A DNA stretch of 64,000 nt from Selaginella moellendorffii. Its lineage: Eukaryota > Plantae > Lycopodiophyta. A model generated the notes under the pieces. That model was not told the origin of the DNA and searched no databases. It worked only from the letters and a program-made list of their open reading frames with translations. Location of the stretch: contig NW_003314261.1 in assembly GCF_000143415.4 (NCBI RefSeq), forward strand, positions 1,874,117 to 1,938,116, written 5' to 3'. This document shows positions 62,609 to 64,000 of this stretch, piece after piece (within the stretch, counting starts at the first letter, position 1; each line of letters opens with the position of its first letter). Both the position numbers and the translations under genes were made by a program.

Positions 62609-63600
62609 TGATAAGCCAAAAGAGATAATATAAAAATTCAGTCAAAAGTAGTATACTGAGAAGCCTATCACACAATGCTGTCATAAAAGCCATTGGATTC
62701 TTATACCATCTATTAGCATCTTAATGACCTCATTGATGTCGAATAAGTGATACTAAATTGTCACCATAGTGGCTACAAATTGCATCTTCATCAAAATTGA
62801 CAAGGAACTAGATCTACTCAATATCATGCACTAGGCTTTGCTTCTACATTGCAAACTATCTTAGCTTGCAAAACACAAATTGTTAAAAGTGATTGAAGAG
62901 GGAGAGGTACTTACACATTAATTTTGTGACAAGTTATCACAAACCTTGCCATATCTAGAGATCCTGTTGTGTGTACATGTCCGACCAGAATATTGATATG
63001 ATAGACAAGATCATCTCAAAAGCATTCATTGATGTACTTCATCCATACACACTAATGATGATTCTCATCAATAATGTAGAACATTTTCCCCACAAATTGT
63101 TGAGTCTTAGGACAATTCATAAGCATGTTGTCAAATTTGTGGGACTTCATTTTCCAAATATTATCCCAAACCCTCTCAATTTCCAATGAAATGGAGAGGG
63201 TATTTGTTGTTTCTGGCTTGAAAACTAATACAAGGAACATATCTATATTTGTCCTAAAGCCATTCAATTTATAAAGAATATAAATATCTATATTGACGAA
63301 GTGAGGTGAATCAAACAAAACAATGCTTGTCTGAGTGAATCGATATAATGAGATCTCTCGAATCATATTTCTAGGCCTTCCCACTTGAGAGACTCTAGAA
63401 TTGTGTGAATGGCCTTCTCTTTGATTCTCAAAACTGTTGGGGAAAGGAGGGGTGCCTCCCCCAACGCTCGCTCAAACACGAGAAATGCTTCAATGCTCTT
63501 TACAAAAATGCCCCTTCCTTGCCCTTGTGAGGTAAGGGTTTTATACAAGGAAGATGGGGAATATTTCGAGGACCAAAATATTCCCTCTCTCTCTCTCACT
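62609..63600 (-). pseudogene. 5' (ParB-like) half of the decayed ParB-MTase-like gene
   Basis: EIERVWDNIWKMKSHKFDNMLMNCPKTQQFVGKMFYIIDENH aligns with EIEQTCDQIW*RKSQEFDTLMACHKETQAFVDWMFFIIDGNH at about 46185-46310. Confidence 0.75.
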
Positions 63601-64000
63601 CTCTTAGTGGCCATGCCCTAACATGCGACCACAGTGGATCGTGCTAGCTCTAGACACACAAGAACCCTCCGAAGAGTGTAGAGTGTACCTCTACTACTGA
63701 TGCCAAGTGCTGGTAACTGTGCAAAATAGTAAAAACTCTAGAAGACAAAGTGGAAAAGAAAGAAAAGAGGTAGGTGTGAAGTTTGGAGACAGGGAGGAAA
63801 ACTTAGTGGGAAACCTTGTAGTCAAACTGGACCCTAAAGTTAAAGGAAAAGTGCAGTAAAAGTGTGAAAAGAGGAGAAAAATAGGGGAAAAGGAGTGAGT
63901 ACCAAAGAACTTAACCCGTACCTGGATTTCAACTCAGGAAAGTGTAATATGCAAATGCAGCCTCTTGATGACTTCCAGTATACTCCAAGGATTGGCTGAA

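Overview
Repeat-dominated eukaryotic DNA, almost certainly from a land plant. A seed-free plant such as a lycophyte is my inference from the ~50-nt GT-AG introns, TTTAGGG repeats and Tcn1-like chromoviruses. The window is a nest of transposons. (i) There are two copies of a Ty3/Gypsy chromovirus with a self-complementary (Tf1-type) primer-binding site and a GGGAAAC -1 frameshift site. One copy is full-length (2790-8343). The other is split into halves at 11302-14686 (-) and 60409-62608 (+). (ii) An old non-chromo Gypsy acts as host and carries nested insertions. (iii) A ~12.9-kb TIR DNA transposon (24203-37078) has an intact Sola-like DDE transposase, a divergent multi-exon cargo gene (ParB-like + degenerate MTase-like fold + acidic tract + FCP1/HAD phosphatase-like) and about 20 copies of a 22-bp palindrome, several in its tiny introns. 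(iv) A 6.75-kb TIR element with an 8-bp TSD (42670-49421) encodes a SWIM-finger protein and a ParB-like + beta-class N4/N6 DNA methyltransferase-like protein, preceded by an 84-bp-period hairpin array. A diverged relative of this gene is split between 14687-16793 and 62609-63600. (v) A ~48-kb inversion (14687-62608) explains all the split elements. The only likely host gene is an AT-rich secreted B-lectin-domain ORF (20478-21353). The most notable candidate system is transposon-borne ParB/MTase-like proteins paired with element-specific palindromic sites. All domain calls are by-eye motif recognition, not database searches.
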